A stretch of DNA of 64,000 bases. It comes from Planctomycetota bacterium (GTDB lineage Bacteria > Planctomycetota > UBA1135 > GCA-002748355). A program made the translations under genes and the position numbers. Shown piece after piece: positions 61,595 to 64,000 of the stretch. Below the pieces are notes generated by a model, which was not told the origin of the DNA, searched no databases, and saw only the letters and a program-made list of their open reading frames with translations. The stretch's first letter is position 1. Each line of letters starts with the position of its first letter. The DNA is taken from the NCBI GenBank assembly GCA_020426005.1, contig JAGQQW010000002.1, forward strand, positions 8,855 to 72,854. Reading direction: 5' to 3'.

Positions 61595-62225
61595 GCCGAA
61601 CCGGGAGTGTCGACGATTCGAGCTCCCGCGAGTCCTCGGTCGGGAGTCCTGGATCGACATCTGGAATCCGTTCTTCGAGCACGCCGAGGCCGACGCATTG
61701 TTCGGAGCTCTGCGCGAGGAATCGACGTTCGAACGGCGCAGCATCTGGCTCTTCGGGCGTGAGGTGACACAGCCTCGCGGCATCACTTGGGCCGGTGATC
61801 TGCCGTACACGTACTCGCGAAGCACCCTGGCGCCTCGCCGCTGGACGTCGACGTTGGCGCGACTACGAACAATCGTCGCGGACGTGGTTGGTGCGGACTA
61901 CAACCACGCGTTGCTCAATCTATATCGCGATGGACGCGATTCGATGGGAATGCACAGTGACGACGAGGTCGAACTCGGTGCGCAGCCGACGATCGTCTCG
62001 TTCTCGTTCGGTGCAACGCGCCACATGGTCGTGAGAGCGAAGCGCGCGATCGCTGCCTCAGAGCCGAAGCCGTCGTACAGGTTCGAACTCGCGCACGGCG
62101 ATTTGGTCGTCATGGGAGGCGCGATGCAGCTCGACTACCTGCACGGTGTCCCGAAAACCACGAAGGTCGATGCGCCGCGACTCAATGTGACATTTCGCCG
62201 GATCGTGCTCGACTCGCGGTCGTGA
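61587..62225 (+). CDS. alkB: alpha-ketoglutarate-dependent dioxygenase AlkB-like
   Basis: GTG at 61587 overlaps the moaA stop. LLNLYRDGRDSMGMHSDDE (HxD), SFSFGATR, HGDLVVMGG, LHGVPK, RLNVTFR. Confidence 0.85.
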   Translation: MGEPNRECRRFELPRVLGRESWIDIWNPFFEHAEADALFGALREESTFERRSIWLFGREVTQPRGITWAGDLPYTYSRSTLAPRRWTSTLARLRTIVADVVGADYNHALLNLYRDGRDSMGMHSDDEVELGAQPTIVSFSFGATRHMVVRAKRAIAASEPKPSYRFELAHGDLVVMGGAMQLDYLHGVPKTTKVDAPRLNVTFRRIVLDSRS

Positions 62226-63066
62226 CCAAGCGCATCGAGTCCGCGAGCTTCGCGCTGATCACCGCGAGCTCGCGTTGGGACGGGTGTTGTTCGTCGAGTC
62301 GCAGCGAAAACGGAACTTGTGTGCGCACGCTCGAAGCGATCGCCTGGTGTTCGTGGAACCAGCCGAGGAGTTCGGGCCGGAAGCCGAGGAACGTCGAAGC
62401 GACTTTGCGCACTCGGGTTGCGGTCAAGATCGCCTCGTCCTTGTCCGTGACGCGGTTGACCAGCAGCGATGGTTCGATGTCGTCCCGAATCGCGTGGGCG
62501 ACCTTGATCACACCATAGGCGTCCGTGACCGAAGCCGGATCGGATTGCGTCACGACGACCGTGCGATGGGCGACTTCGATGGCTCCTTGGACCCAGGGGC
62601 CAACGCCTGCGCCCGTGTCCAGCACGACGACATCGATAGCTGGCATCGACTGCAGGACGCGGTCGACCAACGTCTTCGGTCCGCTGCGATCGCGAATGGC
62701 CAAGAGTCGTTCACGCTCCGCCTCGGTAGCCCTGCCTCCCGGCACCACGAGCAGGCCACGATCCGCGACGAGGAGAGCGTCGGCGGGACGGCACGCGCCT
62801 TCGAGGATGTCGTCGACATCGTGACGTCCGGCGAGCCGCATGTGCACGTCGACGTTGGCGAGTCCTGGGTCCAGGTCGATGAGTAACGTGCGCAAGCCGA
62901 TCGACGCCAAGCGCAGAGCGAGATTGACGGAGACGACGGTCTTGCCGACACCGCCCTTCCCACTGCAAACCGTGATGATCTTGGACGTCCTTTCCATCGG
63001 CTTGGCTCGGCGCTTGACGAGCGATTGCAGAGTTTCTGCCTGGTTCTGAGCCGCTTGCGGAATCAT
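62182..63066 (-). CDS. flhG: MinD/ParA-type ATPase FlhG (FleN/YlxH)
   Basis: Deviant Walker A CSGKGGVGKT. LLIDLDPGLANVD. ATGA overlap with the flhF stop. Confidence 0.9.
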   Translation of the reverse strand: MIPQAAQNQAETLQSLVKRRAKPMERTSKIITVCSGKGGVGKTVVSVNLALRLASIGLRTLLIDLDPGLANVDVHMRLAGRHDVDDILEGACRPADALLVADRGLLVVPGGRATEAERERLLAIRDRSGPKTLVDRVLQSMPAIDVVVLDTGAGVGPWVQGAIEVAHRTVVVTQSDPASVTDAYGVIKVAHAIRDDIEPSLLVNRVTDKDEAILTATRVRKVASTFLGFRPELLGWFHEHQAIASSVRTQVPFSLRLDEQHPSQRELAVISAKLADSMRLVTTASRARSGEMSH

Positions 63067-64000
63067 GCGTGACGCACCTTGGCTGGGAGTTCGACGAGGT
63101 TCTTGTCTTCGGGCACGAGTTCACGTGCGTAGGTTCGGGCGTCGGCGTCTTCCCAGTCTTCGGGGACGCGCTGTCCCGTGCCGTGACCCGCAATCGCGAG
63201 ATCGCGTTCGATGGCCAGGGACAAGAGTTCGCCGGGGACGTCCGTCTCGTCCCACTTGCACGCGACCAATGCCGATGGTTCGAACGTGGAGAAGGTCACG
63301 AGTGCGCGCTCGAGGTCACGGCGCCTTCCTGCAGCCGGCAGGCAGAGCAAGACGTCGACTTCGAGGCCGGTGAACAGTCCGCGGATGCCGCGGATCGCTT
63401 GTTCGTCACGCGGGTTTCGACCGGATGTGTCGATCCAAACGCGATCGTGATCGGAGAAGTCGTCCAATGCTCGCCTCACGTCTTGCGGCGTGAAAGCGAC
63501 TCGGAACGGTAGCTCCATCATGTCGGCAAACGCTCGAATCTGCTCGACGGCCGCGACGCGATATGTGTCCGTCGTGACGATGGCTGTCGACAGTCCATGT
63601 TCGAGCGAATCGCGAGCGGCGAGTTTCGCGATCGTCGTGGTCTTGCCGACACCGGTTGGTCCGACGAGCGCGACCCGCTTTCCGCGTATGGGAACCGTGC
63701 GAACGAGTCCCGTGAGCACACGCCGCACGACTGCCGGAAGCGACCGGCTTCCGCGCTGAAGCAACCCTTCGTCCAGTCCGCGAACGGCTCGCAGTACGGC
63801 CGAGGTGACTCGGTCGGAGACTCCATGAGCGCCGAGTTCGGTCGCCAATGCCGTGGCAGGATCCTTCGCGGTTCGCTTGCTGACACGGTGAACGCTGCCA
63901 TCGATCCCGCCAGCCACGGACGAGGGTGGAACGTCTTCGGGTCTGCGAGCAAACACGACGGTCATCTCGCCTTCGCGAGCCGTGTCGATGATCAATGCAT
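63063..64000 (-). CDS. flhF: flagellar biosynthesis GTPase FlhF (SRP family), N-terminus probably beyond the window
   Basis: VALVGPTGVGKTTTIAKLA (G1), DTYRVAAVEQ, IDTSGRNP (G3), CKWDE (G4). The frame is still open at 64000, and the track start at 63995 is a TTG. Confidence 0.9.
   Translation of the reverse strand, partial: ALIIDTAREGEMTVVFARRPEDVPPSSVAGGIDGSVHRVSKRTAKDPATALATELGAHGVSDRVTSAVLRAVRGLDEGLLQRGSRSLPAVVRRVLTGLVRTVPIRGKRVALVGPTGVGKTTTIAKLAARDSLEHGLSTAIVTTDTYRVAAVEQIRAFADMMELPFRVAFTPQDVRRALDDFSDHDRVWIDTSGRNPRDEQAIRGIRGLFTGLEVDVLLCLPAAGRRRDLERALVTFSTFEPSALVACKWDETDVPGELLSLAIERDLAIAGHGTGQRVPEDWEDADARTYARELVPEDKNLVELPAKVRHA

Overview
GC-rich chromosomal window with strong G/C bias at third codon positions, so most long antisense ORFs in the track are shadows. 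I can support about 60 protein genes. I see no rRNA, tRNA, CRISPR array, transposase or integrase. Layout: (1) 1-6 kb, 2OG-oxygenase fusion plus a glycan-modification cluster (pyruvyl transferase, Asp/Asn beta-hydroxylase-like, atypical glycosyltransferase-like genes). (2) 6-9.4 kb, an ECF sigma factor paired with a Ser/Thr kinase carrying a formylglycine-generating-enzyme (FGE) domain. (3) 9.7-20.4 kb, methyltransferase, two divergent secreted paralogues (one apparently frameshifted), radical SAM/SPASM enzyme, HAD hydrolase, membrane proteins, gdhA, Kdo/WaaP-type kinase. (4) 21-32 kb, HEAT/VWA protein, Tex, GT9 heptosyltransferase, and a giant HEAT protein in an overlapping-codon operon with miaE. 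(5) 32-40 kb, DUF938-like/sixA/agmatinase operon, queC, hydrolase, lipoprotein, di-haem cytochrome c peroxidase. (6) 40-64 kb, a second ECF/Ser-Thr-kinase pair and a GNAT gene directly behind a long minus-strand flagellar operon (fliK-flgD-E-F-G-A-H-I-J-N-K-L). Then flgM with a sigma-28-type promoter, a fliA operon carrying four unassigned genes, moaA-alkB on the opposite strand, and flhG-flhF. The gene content (ECF/kinase pairs, FGE-kinase, HEAT giants, flagella) suggests a Planctomycetota-like organism, but that is inference only. No canonical defence or mobile system is visible. The most unusual items are: six spacer-less 38-bp hairpin repeats filling a convergent intergenic region (17717-17944); the four unassigned genes co-oriented downstream of fliA; the GNAT/ECF/kinase/peroxidase tail on the flagellar late operon; a C-terminal module shared by three secreted proteins; and a structured ~720-bp apparently non-coding gap (20412-21129). 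All family assignments are by-eye motif recognition and need HMM or BLAST confirmation.
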